Source of the DNA: Candidatus Aldehydirespiratoraceae bacterium
Lineage (GTDB): Bacteria > Actinomycetota > Acidimicrobiia > Acidimicrobiales > Aldehydirespiratoraceae
Length of the DNA stretch: 64,000 nucleotides
Direction: 5' to 3'
Assembly (NCBI GenBank): GCA_965221585.1
Contig: OZ244898.1
Span: 2,489,083 to 2,553,082, forward strand
Under the pieces are notes generated by a model. The model had not been told where the DNA came from, ran no database searches, and saw only the letters and a list, made by a program, of their open reading frames with translations. This document shows, one piece after another, positions 38,666 through 48,644 of the stretch. How positions within the stretch are numbered: position 1 is the first letter of the stretch; every line of letters starts with the position of its first letter. The position numbers and the translations under genes were made by a program.

Positions 38666-39477
38666 TGGCGCGGCGTTTCGAGGGGAGGGTGGCGCTGGCC
38701 ACAGGTTCAACTCAAGGGGTGGGAGCGGCCCTGCTGCAGCTGATGGCCGACGAAGGCCTCGCCGGTGCAGTAGTCACCGGGCGCAACGCCGAACGAGGAT
38801 CAGCGGTGCGTGACGAACTCGAGGCCAAGGGATGCTCGGCGATCTTCGTACAGGCGGACCTCGGCGACGCCGAGCAGGTGGAAGCGCTGATCACCGCTGC
38901 CGACGAGCGGTTCGGAAGGATCGACCATCTCGCCAACTGCGGCGCTCTCACCGACCGTGGCGATGTCTGGGACACCAGCGTCGAGCTGTTCGACGCGATG
39001 ATGGCGGTCAACGCCAGAGCGCCCTTCCTGCTCACCCAGGGCGTGGCCCGGATCGCCCGCCGCAACGGCACGGCAGCTTCGGTGGTCAATGTCGGCAGCA
39101 TGTCGGGGCACGGCGGGCAGCCCTTCATTACCGCCTACTGCATCTCCAAGGGCGCGCTGATGACGATGACCAAGAACCTGGCCTACCAGCTGATGCGGCA
39201 CCGCATTCGTGTGGTCACAGTCAACCCGGGCTGGATGGACACACCCGGCGAAGACGCGACCCAGCGCAAACACCACGGGGCCGTCGACGGCTGGCTCGAG
39301 GCTGCCGCGGCGGCCCGGCCTTGGGGCCGGTTGGTGTCAATCCGCGAACTGGTCACCACCATGGCTTTCGTACTGAGCGACGAGTCCGGGTTGATGAGCG
39401 GATCGATCATCGATCTCGACCAGTCCGTGCAGGGAGCAGGCGAACCGCCCGTTCCGCCCGCCGAGCTCGGCCCGTGA
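38665..39477 (+). CDS. SDR-family oxidoreductase
   Basis: TGSTQGVG, YCISKG, NPGW; TGATG overlap with iolD. Confidence 0.88.
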   Translation: MARRFEGRVALATGSTQGVGAALLQLMADEGLAGAVVTGRNAERGSAVRDELEAKGCSAIFVQADLGDAEQVEALITAADERFGRIDHLANCGALTDRGDVWDTSVELFDAMMAVNARAPFLLTQGVARIARRNGTAASVVNVGSMSGHGGQPFITAYCISKGALMTMTKNLAYQLMRHRIRVVTVNPGWMDTPGEDATQRKHHGAVDGWLEAAAAARPWGRLVSIRELVTTMAFVLSDESGLMSGSIIDLDQSVQGAGEPPVPPAELGP

Positions 39478-40934
39478 CCGCGACACTGCGCGACTACAGC
39501 CTGGCCGGACCGGAGAACCGCCGAGCCTGCGAAGCCGGACTGGCCGGCGCACCCTGGTGGAAACCACCCATCGACGAGGACCGGCTCGCCGAGTTGATGG
39601 CACGCAGCAATGCTCGTGCAGCACGCGACACCGCGTTGTGGCTCGGCGCGATCATCGCCTTGGCCGTGCTGATTGTGGCGAGTTGGTTCTCCTGGTATTC
39701 GCTGCCCTTGCTGTTCGTCTACGGGGCCCTCTACGGCGGGGCAGCCGACTCTCGTTGGCACGAATGCGGCCACGGCACCGCCTTTCGGTCCACGACGGCC
39801 AACAACGTCATCTACTACATCGCTTCGTTCATGTTGTGGCGTGAACCAACCATGTGGCGTTGGTCCCACTACCGGCATCACTCCGACACGATCATCGTGG
39901 GACGCGACGCAGAAATCGTGTTTCCGCGTCCACCCAGCGTACGCGCGCTGCCCCTCACGTTCTCCCATGTCGTCAACGGTCCGAGGATGCTGTGGCGCCT
40001 GCTGTGCCACGCCGCAGGTCGCATCGACGCCGACGCCGCTGATTTCATCCCGCTATCCGAGCATCGGCGTTTGATCTTCGAGGATCGGGTCTTTGCGGCG
40101 GTCCTCGCCGCGGCGGTCGGTACGTCGCTGGTCCTGTGGCATCCGCTGCCCGTGCTGTTGGTCGGGTTGCCGACCATCTACGGCGGTTGGCTGGTGGTGT
40201 TCTTCGGGATCACCCAGCACGCCGGCCTTCGCGAGGATGTGCTGGATCATCGGTTGAACACCCGCACCGTGTACATGAACCCGCTGTTCAGGTTCCTGTA
40301 CTCGAACATGAACTACCACATCGAGCATCACCTGTTTCCGGGTGTGCCCTACCATGCCCTGCCCGCACTTCACGAGGAGATCAAGGATTCGCTGCCGCCC
40401 GCGCTGCCCAACACCCGTGCGGCGTACCGGGAACTGCTCGGGGCGATCCGCCGACAGTCGAAAGACCCGACCTGGGAGCTGCCTGACCGGCGGATCCCCG
40501 AAGTACCCGACGCGTCACTGAGCCTCGTTGATCACGGCCCGATCGTTCCCGAGACTGCCCAGGCGGCGGTTGCCGGCCATGTCGATCTCGGCGAACTGAA
40601 CGGGATCGCGGTGGGACGGGCGCGCCGTTGCGATCTCGGCGAGCAGACATATGCGCTCTACCGGCTCAGCGAGACCGAGGTAGCCGTGAGCGACGGGCTC
40701 TGCACCCACGCTGCAGCACATCTGTCCGAAGGTTTGATCCTTGACGGGGTGATCGAGTGTCCCAAACACAACGGGCGCTTCGATCTAAGGACCGGCGAAC
40801 CGCTGCGCAGACCAGTCACTGAGCCGTTGAACATCTATAGGTGCGAGGTTGTCGGAGGGCGGATAGTGGCCGACCTGTCGACTGCCGAGCCCGCAGTCGA
40901 CAACAGCTCAAACCAACCCAAGGAGACACCGTGA
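39474..40934 (+). CDS. MocD-like membrane di-iron oxygenase (fatty acid desaturase family) fused to a MocE-like Rieske ferredoxin
   Basis: GTG at 39474 overlaps the upstream stop. RDYSL N-terminus; His boxes HECGH, HYRHH, HIEHH; C-terminal CTH...CPKH Rieske motif. Confidence 0.88.
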   Translation: MTATLRDYSLAGPENRRACEAGLAGAPWWKPPIDEDRLAELMARSNARAARDTALWLGAIIALAVLIVASWFSWYSLPLLFVYGALYGGAADSRWHECGHGTAFRSTTANNVIYYIASFMLWREPTMWRWSHYRHHSDTIIVGRDAEIVFPRPPSVRALPLTFSHVVNGPRMLWRLLCHAAGRIDADAADFIPLSEHRRLIFEDRVFAAVLAAAVGTSLVLWHPLPVLLVGLPTIYGGWLVVFFGITQHAGLREDVLDHRLNTRTVYMNPLFRFLYSNMNYHIEHHLFPGVPYHALPALHEEIKDSLPPALPNTRAAYRELLGAIRRQSKDPTWELPDRRIPEVPDASLSLVDHGPIVPETAQAAVAGHVDLGELNGIAVGRARRCDLGEQTYALYRLSETEVAVSDGLCTHAAAHLSEGLILDGVIECPKHNGRFDLRTGEPLRRPVTEPLNIYRCEVVGGRIVADLSTAEPAVDNSSNQPKETP

Positions 40935-40950
40935 ACCCGAAGGAGAGATC

Positions 40951-41964
40951 GTGAGCGACGTGCGAGTAGGAGTGCTGGGTGTCGGCCGAATCGGCCGGAT
41001 GCACTCGGAACTCATTCAACGTCGGGCCGAGGGCGCCTCGCTGGTTGCCGTCTACGACGTGTTCGACGAGAGTTCCCAGGGAGTCGCTTCGGAGTTCGGC
41101 GCCCGGTCCGCTGCGTCGCCCGAGGAGCTGATCAACGCCGACGATGTGGACGCGATTGCGGTGTGCACCCCCACCGACACCCATATCGACTTTCTGGTCG
41201 CGGCGGCGGAGGCCGGCAAACCGGTGTTCATGGAGAAGCCCCTCTCGCTCGACCTTTCCGAGGTCGACCGTGGGATCGCTGCCGCGCAGGCCGGCGGGAT
41301 CGCTGTGCAAGTCGGTTTCAACCGGCGTTTCGACGCAAGTCACAAGGCGGTGCGTGACATCGTGGCCAGCGGTCAGATAGGCGATGTGCAGATGGTGCGG
41401 ATCACCAGCCGCGACCCCGCCCCGCCCCCCATCTCCTATATCGACTCCTCGGGCGGGATTTTCTTGGACATGACCATCCACGACTTCGACATGGCCCGGT
41501 ATGTGACCGGCAGTGAGGTCGTCGAGGTGTACGCCACGGGGGCGGTGATGGTCGATCCGGCTATCGGGGAGGCGGGCGACCTCGACACTGTGGTCGTGGT
41601 GATGACCCACGAGAACGGTGCGATCACCACCATCGACAACAGCCGTCAGGCTGTATACGGCTACGACCAGCGAGTTGAGGCGTTCGGTTCGGCGGGGATG
41701 GTCACTTCGGACAATCCGGGTGTGACCACCACGTCGAAGCGCACCGCCACAGGCTCAACGGGTTCGACCATCCCGTACTTCTTCCTGGACCGCTACATCC
41801 CTTCGTACCTGGCCGAGTGGACGGATTTTGTGGCGATGGTCCGTGACGGTGCGCCGTCGCCGGTCACGTTGCACGACGGACGCGCCCCGCTGGTGATCGG
41901 ACTGGCCGCCTGGCGTTCGGTTCACGAAGGGCGTCCCGTCGAGACCAAGGAGATCACACCATGA
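40951..41964 (+). CDS. iolG: Inositol 2-dehydrogenase
   Basis: GVGRIG, MEKP, VGFNRRFD, ITSRDP, SGGIFLDMTIHDFD, YGYDQR. Confidence 0.9.
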   Translation: MSDVRVGVLGVGRIGRMHSELIQRRAEGASLVAVYDVFDESSQGVASEFGARSAASPEELINADDVDAIAVCTPTDTHIDFLVAAAEAGKPVFMEKPLSLDLSEVDRGIAAAQAGGIAVQVGFNRRFDASHKAVRDIVASGQIGDVQMVRITSRDPAPPPISYIDSSGGIFLDMTIHDFDMARYVTGSEVVEVYATGAVMVDPAIGEAGDLDTVVVVMTHENGAITTIDNSRQAVYGYDQRVEAFGSAGMVTSDNPGVTTTSKRTATGSTGSTIPYFFLDRYIPSYLAEWTDFVAMVRDGAPSPVTLHDGRAPLVIGLAAWRSVHEGRPVETKEITP

Positions 41965-42815
41965 CCCCGACGTCGTCGGCTGCAGCATCAGGCCCTATTC
42001 GGTCTTCCGACGGCCCGGGCCGGATCATCGAGATCACCCCTGAGACCGCAAACTGGACCTATCTGAGCTTCTCGGTTCTCGAACTGGACACCGCCACCGC
42101 TTTCGACGAGGTGCTCGACAGCCAGGAGACCGCCATCGTGCCGCTGAGCGGCGCCGGTGAGGTCCATGCAGGCGGCGAGGTCTTCGAGCTGGCACGCTCC
42201 TCGGTCTTCGCGCAGAAACCCCACATCGTCTACGTGCCACCCGGGGTCGAGTTCCACATCGAGACCAGTGGCCGGTTCAGTTGCGCCGTCGGGTCCGCCC
42301 CTGCGGAGGGAAGGCTGCCTTTGCGACTGTTCCGACCCGACGAGATGCGCAGTGAGATTCGCGGCGGAGGGGCGGCCCATCGGCAGGTGGTCCACGCGCT
42401 GGCGTCGCCTCTGCCTGCCGAACGCCTGATCCTCTATGAGGTGTACGTGCCTCGGGGCACCTGGTCCGGCTGGCCGCCGCACTGCCACGACGGACGCGAC
42501 GGATCGCCGTACCTTGAGGAGGTCTACTACTTCCGCCTCGACCGGCCCGAAGGCTACGCGCATCACCGGAATTGGCGTGACGACGAGCGCTTCGACGAGA
42601 CCTTGGTGATCAAAGACGGTGACGTGGCCCTGGTGCCGAAGGGCTACCACACTTCGGTGGCGTGCCCCGGGTCGAACATGTTCTTCCTCAACTACCTGGC
42701 CGGTGATCTTCAGGGCGATGATCGTGGCACTCCCCCGTGTTTCGCTGCTGAGCACACTTGGATCGAAGCCGATTGGAATGCTGGCGAGTGGGGTCTGCCA
42801 GTCGTCACCTCGTAA
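41961..42815 (+). CDS. iolB: 5-deoxy-glucuronate isomerase
   Basis: EVYVPRGTWSGWPPHCHD, LEEVYY, VPKGYH. Confidence 0.9.
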   Translation: MTPTSSAAASGPIRSSDGPGRIIEITPETANWTYLSFSVLELDTATAFDEVLDSQETAIVPLSGAGEVHAGGEVFELARSSVFAQKPHIVYVPPGVEFHIETSGRFSCAVGSAPAEGRLPLRLFRPDEMRSEIRGGGAAHRQVVHALASPLPAERLILYEVYVPRGTWSGWPPHCHDGRDGSPYLEEVYYFRLDRPEGYAHHRNWRDDERFDETLVIKDGDVALVPKGYHTSVACPGSNMFFLNYLAGDLQGDDRGTPPCFAAEHTWIEADWNAGEWGLPVVTS

Positions 42816-42825
42816 GCCTCACGCC

Positions 42826-43686
42826 ATGAGCCTGGAGGGAATCTCGGACAATGGCCGCTTTTGCGTGTTGGCCATCGACCATCGCGACTCGCTGCGCAAG
42901 TTTTTGTCGCCCGACGACCTTGACGCTGTATCAGCCGACGAGCTGACCGACCTGAAGGTCGACATTGTGCGTGAGTTGGCGCCGATGGCTACAGGCGTGA
43001 TGCTTGAACCGGAGTATTCGATCCCCCAGGTCGCCGATGCAGGGGCGTTGCCTTCCGCTGTCGGTTTCGTAGCTGCACTCGAGTCGCAGGGCTACCTCGG
43101 CGAGTTGGGTTCCGCCCCCACCACCGTGCTCGACGGCTGGTCGGTCGAGGCTGCAGCGGTCTGCGGGGCGGACGCCGCCAAGCTGTTGTTGCCGTACCAT
43201 CCCGACCGTGCGCTGGCGGTTGAGCAGCGAGCGGTCGCTGCCGAGGTGATCACCGAGTGCCGCCGGGTTCAGATTCCGCTGGTGCTTGAGCCGTTGTTCT
43301 ACGATCTCGACGATCCCCGCGACCGGCGTCGTGTGGTTGTCGAGACCGCTCGTGAGTTCGCCGCAGCCGACCCTCACCTACTGAAGCTGCCGTTCCCGGT
43401 CGATCCTGTCGTCGAACCCGCCAGGGATGTCTGGCTCGATGCCTGTGAGGAAATGAACGAGCTGATCCCGATGCCTTGGACGCTGCTTTCGGGAGGCGGC
43501 GATTTCGAGTCTTTCTTCGCCCAGGTCGAGGTGGCACTCGAGGCCGGTTCGTCGGGCTGCATGGTCGGCCGAGCCCTCTGGGGCGAAGCCGCCAGAGCCA
43601 CTCCCTCCGACCGCCCCGCAATCCTCAAATCCCTGATCGCCCCCCGCCTCTCCCGCCTCCATTCCCTGGTCTGCAACCGACCCTAG
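42826..43686 (+). CDS. Class I aldolase (LacD/tagatose-bisphosphate aldolase-like), probable IolJ substitute
   Basis: LAIDHRDSL, AAKLL, VLEP, LKLPFP, WTLLSGG, VGRALW. Confidence 0.82.
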   Translation: MSLEGISDNGRFCVLAIDHRDSLRKFLSPDDLDAVSADELTDLKVDIVRELAPMATGVMLEPEYSIPQVADAGALPSAVGFVAALESQGYLGELGSAPTTVLDGWSVEAAAVCGADAAKLLLPYHPDRALAVEQRAVAAEVITECRRVQIPLVLEPLFYDLDDPRDRRRVVVETAREFAAADPHLLKLPFPVDPVVEPARDVWLDACEEMNELIPMPWTLLSGGGDFESFFAQVEVALEAGSSGCMVGRALWGEAARATPSDRPAILKSLIAPRLSRLHSLVCNRP

Positions 43687-43734
43687 GAGCGATGCTACGT
43701 CGACCAAGAGTTGACGAACTTCCTGACGGGGCGC

Positions 43735-44676
43735 TCAACGGGGTGGGGGGCTTTCGATCAGTTCGATGCAGGTTCCGTCGGGGTCCTCGAAGAAGAGTGC
43801 CCTCAGGTCCGACGGCAGTCCGGGACCCATCTCCAGTTCAGCCGGCGGGGAATGGCAGCTGACCCCGGAATCGATCAGTGCGGCATAGTCCCGGTTGATG
43901 TCGTCTGTGAGAAGCGCGATGCGAAAGATGCCCAACTCGTTGGCCCGCCGTCGACCAGAGCCCCCGGCGCGAGGCTCGATCCATTCGACCAAATCGACGA
44001 CGAACCCCGAACCGCCGTCGGTCTTCGCGCCAACGGACAAGGCGTCCCAGACCACCGAACCTTCAACCCTCAGTCCGGCACCGGGCCGAGGTTCTGCCCG
44101 GCGAGCACGCGTCCGTGCATCCAAGCCCAGCACATCGCAGTAGAAGCGCCGGGACCGCTCCAAGTCGGAACAGTTGACGTTGACGCCCGCCAGGCGGGTG
44201 TTCTCCCCCTCGACAAAGAGCACCGCGGTGCCGTCCGGGTCGGAACACATGAACATCTCGGCATCAGCCATGCCGTTGACACCCAAACCCAGACGGCCCG
44301 GAGGTGACCACACATCGTGCCCGGCCTCGCTGAGCCGCCGGTGCAGCCCAGCCAGGTCGTCACTGAGGATGCAGAGCCGACAGAAGCCCAACTCGGCAAG
44401 AGAATCCGGAGGCGACCCCGACGGCGGCGGCACCTTCCACTCCAGCAAGTCGAGCACAACCCCGCCAGAAGCATCATCCCCGGCCATGATCCAGGCATCC
44501 CACTGCACCTCGGGCAAGCCGAACGCCCCTCCCGGTTGGGGCTGCTCCGGCCGAGTGCGAACCATCTTCTTCAACCCCACCAGATCTCCGTAGAACCCCA
44601 GCGATCGCTCCAGGTCCGAACAGTTCACATTGACATGAAAAAACGACAGCGACCCGACATGCACGGGAGTCTGCAT
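43735..44676 (-). CDS. Tandem two-domain VOC/glyoxalase-family protein
   Basis: Repeated VNVNCSDLERS..FY and DPDGT motifs. Confidence 0.85.
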   Translation of the reverse strand: MQTPVHVGSLSFFHVNVNCSDLERSLGFYGDLVGLKKMVRTRPEQPQPGGAFGLPEVQWDAWIMAGDDASGGVVLDLLEWKVPPPSGSPPDSLAELGFCRLCILSDDLAGLHRRLSEAGHDVWSPPGRLGLGVNGMADAEMFMCSDPDGTAVLFVEGENTRLAGVNVNCSDLERSRRFYCDVLGLDARTRARRAEPRPGAGLRVEGSVVWDALSVGAKTDGGSGFVVDLVEWIEPRAGGSGRRRANELGIFRIALLTDDINRDYAALIDSGVSCHSPPAELEMGPGLPSDLRALFFEDPDGTCIELIESPPPR

Positions 44677-44808
44677 AACACAGTTCGCGCTCGTGAACGC
44701 AAACACCCAGAAACTAAGACTCGGGAAACCCGAGCGGAGGGTAGTGTTGGCGGGCTTGGGACGACTCGCGGTGGAGCCGATTCTGCCGCGCTGCTGAGGT
44801 AGGGAACC

Positions 44809-46041
44809 GTGACAAACACACGCGTGAGTCTGGTGATTCCTGTGGGCTTGTTCACGCTCGCGGCCTCGATCGGGATGGTGTTCGCGCTCTTCCACGAACT
44901 GCGTGATGCGCACAACCTGAGCGGAGGCGCGATCGGCTGGATCGCCGGAGTGTCGTTCTTCGCCGCGGTCGCCTCGCAGATCCTGATCGCACCCTTCGCA
45001 GACCGTGGCTACGCACGTCGGGTCATGGTGTTGTCGGTGCTGAGCGGAGTGGTCGCGTCGCTGATCTTCGCCGTCGCTTCGGAAGCCTGGCAGTTCGTGT
45101 TTGCACGGACCGTTGCGGGGCTCGCCTTCGGCGCCTTCCTGCCTGCGGCGCAAGCCCTGTTCACCGCGGCAGATCCCGAGCGCGCAGGGCAGCACCTCGG
45201 TCGACTCGCCGGGATCCAGACCGCGGGTTTCATAGTCGGCCCCGGGATAGGCGCCGGACTCGTTGCCGCCTGGGGTCTCGATGCTCCGTTCTATTGCCTC
45301 GCCGCCGCCCTGGCACTGCTGGTCGCTCCTATCGCCACTACCCACGTCGACGAGGTCGTATCGGACGGCCCTGACTTGGGAGTGTTCCAGAACACAGTCG
45401 AAATGCTTCGCACGATGGCAAGAATCAGTCGACGTCGAGAAGCACTGGCTGCTGCAATATTGAGCGCGGCGCTGATCATGCCGGCCGGAATGTACGAGGC
45501 GATCTGGGCAATCTTCCTGCAGGATCTGGGAGCGTCAACCACATTCATCGGCGTGAGCCTGGTGCTGTACGGGTTGCCGTTCATGATCGCCGCACCCATC
45601 GGCGGGCGGCTCGCGGACCGCCACGGGCCGATGCGGATCGCCATGGTCGCGCTGGCCGCGATCATCCCGCTGACCGTGGTCTACGGACATCTCACCGTGC
45701 CGTTGCTGTTGATGAGCCTGGCCATGATCGAAGGCGCGGCCAACGGTCTGGGGATGCCGTCGGCCCAGACGCTCATGGCTCTGTCCACCAAGGACGGGGA
45801 GCGCGCAACCGGGCAGGGGCTCGCAGCCGCGACTGGGCAGCTGGCCGCGGGCGTGAGCGCGCTGGTGGCCCCAAGACTCTTCGAGGACTACGGCCCCGAA
45901 TGGACCTTCTTCTGGGTGGCAGTGGCGATCCTCGTCCTGAGCACGCTCGGATTCGCGATCGGCCTCGGTGACCGCACCAAGAGCCGGACCGTGCCGATCC
46001 GCAGCTACGGCCTGTTGCGAATCCGCGGAGGCGGCCGCTAG
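44809..46041 (+). CDS. MFS transporter
   Basis: About 12 hydrophobic segments; FADRGY and GGRLADRHG motif A copies. Confidence 0.88.
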   Translation: MTNTRVSLVIPVGLFTLAASIGMVFALFHELRDAHNLSGGAIGWIAGVSFFAAVASQILIAPFADRGYARRVMVLSVLSGVVASLIFAVASEAWQFVFARTVAGLAFGAFLPAAQALFTAADPERAGQHLGRLAGIQTAGFIVGPGIGAGLVAAWGLDAPFYCLAAALALLVAPIATTHVDEVVSDGPDLGVFQNTVEMLRTMARISRRREALAAAILSAALIMPAGMYEAIWAIFLQDLGASTTFIGVSLVLYGLPFMIAAPIGGRLADRHGPMRIAMVALAAIIPLTVVYGHLTVPLLLMSLAMIEGAANGLGMPSAQTLMALSTKDGERATGQGLAAATGQLAAGVSALVAPRLFEDYGPEWTFFWVAVAILVLSTLGFAIGLGDRTKSRTVPIRSYGLLRIRGGGR

Positions 46042-46044
46042 CAG

Positions 46045-47223
46045 CTAGACGGCCCGTTGAGTAAGCGCCAGTCCGTTTTCGCGCATGATCTTGCGGATCT
46101 CCGCCGAGTTGAACCCTTCGAGATCGTGAACGAAATCGGTCGGCTCTGGCAGGCCCTCGGCGTGGGGCCAGTCCGAACCGAACAGCATGTGGTCGGCACC
46201 GACCTTGCCGCGCAGGTCCAAAAGGTCGTCCTCGTAGTAGGGCGAGACCCAAACCTGACGACAGAACACCTCGATCGGGTCCTCCGCGAACATGTGCTTC
46301 TGTTGACGGTAGGTCTTGTCGAACTTCTTGAACAGCGGTTGAACCCACTCCGAGCCGGTCTCGATCGTCGCAACCCGAATGTTGGTGTGCTCGCTCAGCA
46401 CGCCCTCGCCGATCAACGAAGCCAGGGCATCGCTGATGGGCGAGTAGGTGAGCAGTGACTTGAAGGCGTTCTGGCGGAACGACTCGAACTCGGTGGTCAT
46501 ACCCCAGTAGTCGCTCAGGAACTCATATCCCGCATCGCCGGAGTGCATCGCCAGGGTGATGCCATGGGCATTCATTTTCTTCCAGAACGGGTCGTGGGCC
46601 GGGTCGCCGAGCGACCGGCGGCCGCCCCTGCCGTCCGGCACCGACGACGGACGCATGTTGACCACACGCACGTCCCGTTCGATCATCCAGTCGAGTTGGT
46701 CGAGAGCCCAGTCGACATCGGCAAGGGTGATGTAGCCCGCGGTGAAGATCCGGTTCTTGTATGCAAATCCCCAATCTTCATCAAGCCAGCGGTTGAATCC
46801 GGCGAAAGCGGTAACCACGGCTTCGGTGTCATGGTCCAGAGAGGACTCCATCCCCACCCCGAGGGTCGGGAACAGGAAGCACGCCTCGAGGTTCTGGCGG
46901 TCCATGACCGACAGCCGCTTGTCACGGTCACGGTACTCGTCGGGAATCGGCACGAGTTCCCCGAAGGCGGCGACGATGTCGTCTCTGGCCACCTTGCCAC
47001 GGAAGTAGTCGTCAAGGCAGCCCGGGCGGGCCACGGGGTCGAAGGTCGGGTTGGGGATGAACCGGTTGACCCGGCCGCCGACCAGCAGGCGTTTGCGACC
47101 GTTGATCTCCGCCCACTGCATGCAGCGTTTGTGCATCTTGGGGTCCACGTGGCGGATGAAGGCGTCCTCCGCCTCGTAATAGTGGTTGTCGGCGTCGAAC
47201 GCCTTGAAGTCAAGCTCAGCCAT
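46045..47223 (-). CDS. Amidohydrolase family protein (Amidohydro_2)
   Basis: DADNHYYE, MHSG, FGSDWPHAEG. Confidence 0.88.
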   Translation of the reverse strand: MAELDFKAFDADNHYYEAEDAFIRHVDPKMHKRCMQWAEINGRKRLLVGGRVNRFIPNPTFDPVARPGCLDDYFRGKVARDDIVAAFGELVPIPDEYRDRDKRLSVMDRQNLEACFLFPTLGVGMESSLDHDTEAVVTAFAGFNRWLDEDWGFAYKNRIFTAGYITLADVDWALDQLDWMIERDVRVVNMRPSSVPDGRGGRRSLGDPAHDPFWKKMNAHGITLAMHSGDAGYEFLSDYWGMTTEFESFRQNAFKSLLTYSPISDALASLIGEGVLSEHTNIRVATIETGSEWVQPLFKKFDKTYRQQKHMFAEDPIEVFCRQVWVSPYYEDDLLDLRGKVGADHMLFGSDWPHAEGLPEPTDFVHDLEGFNSAEIRKIMRENGLALTQRAV

Positions 47224-47272
47224 GAAGCCACTCTATGCATGCACCGCGAGGAGGCAAAGTTGACGCTGCGAA

Positions 47273-48448
47273 CTACAGGCGGTAGATCGCTGCGGCGTTG
47301 TCGTGGAGGATCTTTTTCAGGGTGGCGTCGTCGAGCGACCCCAGAGCGCTGTTGGCATAGTCCCGCGGGTACTGCGCGGGTGTGGCCGGACCAGGGAACT
47401 GACAGGTCGGATGCGGGTAGTCGGTCTCATACAGGATGTTGTCGGGGTATTGCTCGATGGCGAATCTGGCCGAAGCCTGCTCGAACCAGAAACAACCGTA
47501 GATCTGTCGTTTGAAATACTCGCTCGGCAACAGGTCGTATTCGGGGTGTTCAACTGTCACTCCACCGTTGCGCCATTGCCAGTCGAACGACTCGAGCGCC
47601 CCGGGGATCCAGCCGGCGCCGCTCTCCACCGAAACCAGCTTGAGTTCCGGGAAGCGATGGCATACACCGCCGAAGATCAGATCTGCGATGCAGCGCATAT
47701 TGTCGAGGAAGATCAAGGACGACACCTTGGCGAAGTTGGTCATCCAGCCCATATTCGCGGTGTCTTGAAATTGCGTGCCCATCGATCCGCCGCCGACATG
47801 GAAGCTGACCGAGACTCCGGCCTCCTGGGCGACCGCCCAGATCGGGTCCCAGTGGGTTGACGCCAGCACCGGCATGCCATGATCCTGGGGCTGGTTGCAG
47901 AAGTTGATGGCGCGGTGCCCTGCCTCGGTGCAGCGGGTGATCTCCTCCACCGCAAAATCAATGTCCCAGAACGGCACCGCGGTCACACCGACAAGGCGGT
48001 CGCGATCCGCGCTGGTCCAATCAGTCACCCAATCGTTGAAAGCCCGGACGCATTGCTTGACAACTTCCGGTTCACCCATCTGCATGAAGTAGGCGTTGCC
48101 GAAGCCTCCGACATTGGGGTAGAGCACCTGGGCGCGGATGCCCTGTTCATTCATGAACTTGAGTCGTTCGTGGCTGTCGTACATGGACGGGTGGATCTCC
48201 TCGAAGGTGTTGGGAACCTTCACGGGCATGAGGCCGTCGAAGCCTGCCATCGAATAGAACCCTGGTTGGCCCAGACGGTTGCCGTCGCACATCCAGACGT
48301 CCTGACCGTCGATGCGTTCCACGTGCGGAACTCGGTCGTGCAGCGATGCCGGGGTACGGGCGGTCCAGACATCAGGCGGTTCTGTCACGTGGGTGTCGAC
48401 GTCAATGACATCGAAGCGTTCGAAGAGGTCTGTGGTGTTCACAGCCAC
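47273..48448 (-). CDS. Amidohydrolase family protein (Amidohydro_2)
   Basis: DVDTHVTEP, FHVG, ESGAGW, ETDYPHP. Confidence 0.88.
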   Translation of the reverse strand: MAVNTTDLFERFDVIDVDTHVTEPPDVWTARTPASLHDRVPHVERIDGQDVWMCDGNRLGQPGFYSMAGFDGLMPVKVPNTFEEIHPSMYDSHERLKFMNEQGIRAQVLYPNVGGFGNAYFMQMGEPEVVKQCVRAFNDWVTDWTSADRDRLVGVTAVPFWDIDFAVEEITRCTEAGHRAINFCNQPQDHGMPVLASTHWDPIWAVAQEAGVSVSFHVGGGSMGTQFQDTANMGWMTNFAKVSSLIFLDNMRCIADLIFGGVCHRFPELKLVSVESGAGWIPGALESFDWQWRNGGVTVEHPEYDLLPSEYFKRQIYGCFWFEQASARFAIEQYPDNILYETDYPHPTCQFPGPATPAQYPRDYANSALGSLDDATLKKILHDNAAAIYRL

Positions 48449-48486
48449 AAGACTCGCACCACTGCGTCCACCGGCGCCACTCAGCG

Positions 48487-48520
48487 CGGATCACGCCACG
48501 GATCACGCCTCGGATCACGT
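48487..48520. repeat. 12-bp-period tandem repeat (cggatcacg core x3)
   Basis: cggatcacgcca-cggatcacgcct-cggatcacgt. Confidence 0.85.
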
Positions 48521-48521
48521 C

Positions 48522-48574
48522 AAAAAGGGACTTGGGTCCGGCTAGCGAAACCGCCAACCGGACCCTGATTTCCC
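48522..48574 (-). terminator. Intrinsic terminator
   Basis: Minus strand gggaaatca-gggtccggttggcg-gttt-cgctagccggaccc-aagtccc followed by TTTTT. Confidence 0.75.
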
Positions 48575-48644
48575 TGGAGGGGGACGGGAATGAAGTTCCC
48601 GAGTCTGAAGCATCCGGCCCTGCGCCCAGATGACCTCGAACCCA
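48522..48644 (-). ncRNA. Candidate ~120-nt structured small RNA or attenuator leader
   Basis: TTGAAC-18 nt-TAGGGT promoter (48680-48651), two hairpins, an unpaired UCCCCCUCC tract and a terminator with U-run; no Rfam family recognised. Confidence 0.55.

Noticed and set aside
38832-39473. 700-aa ORF-track version of the MocD-MocE gene
   Set aside because: The first 214 codons are an off-frame shadow of the SDR gene; the real start is GTG 39474.
44677-45345. 536-aa extension of the VOC gene
   Set aside because: It overlaps the MFS gene on the opposite strand; VOC motifs begin only after ATG 44676.
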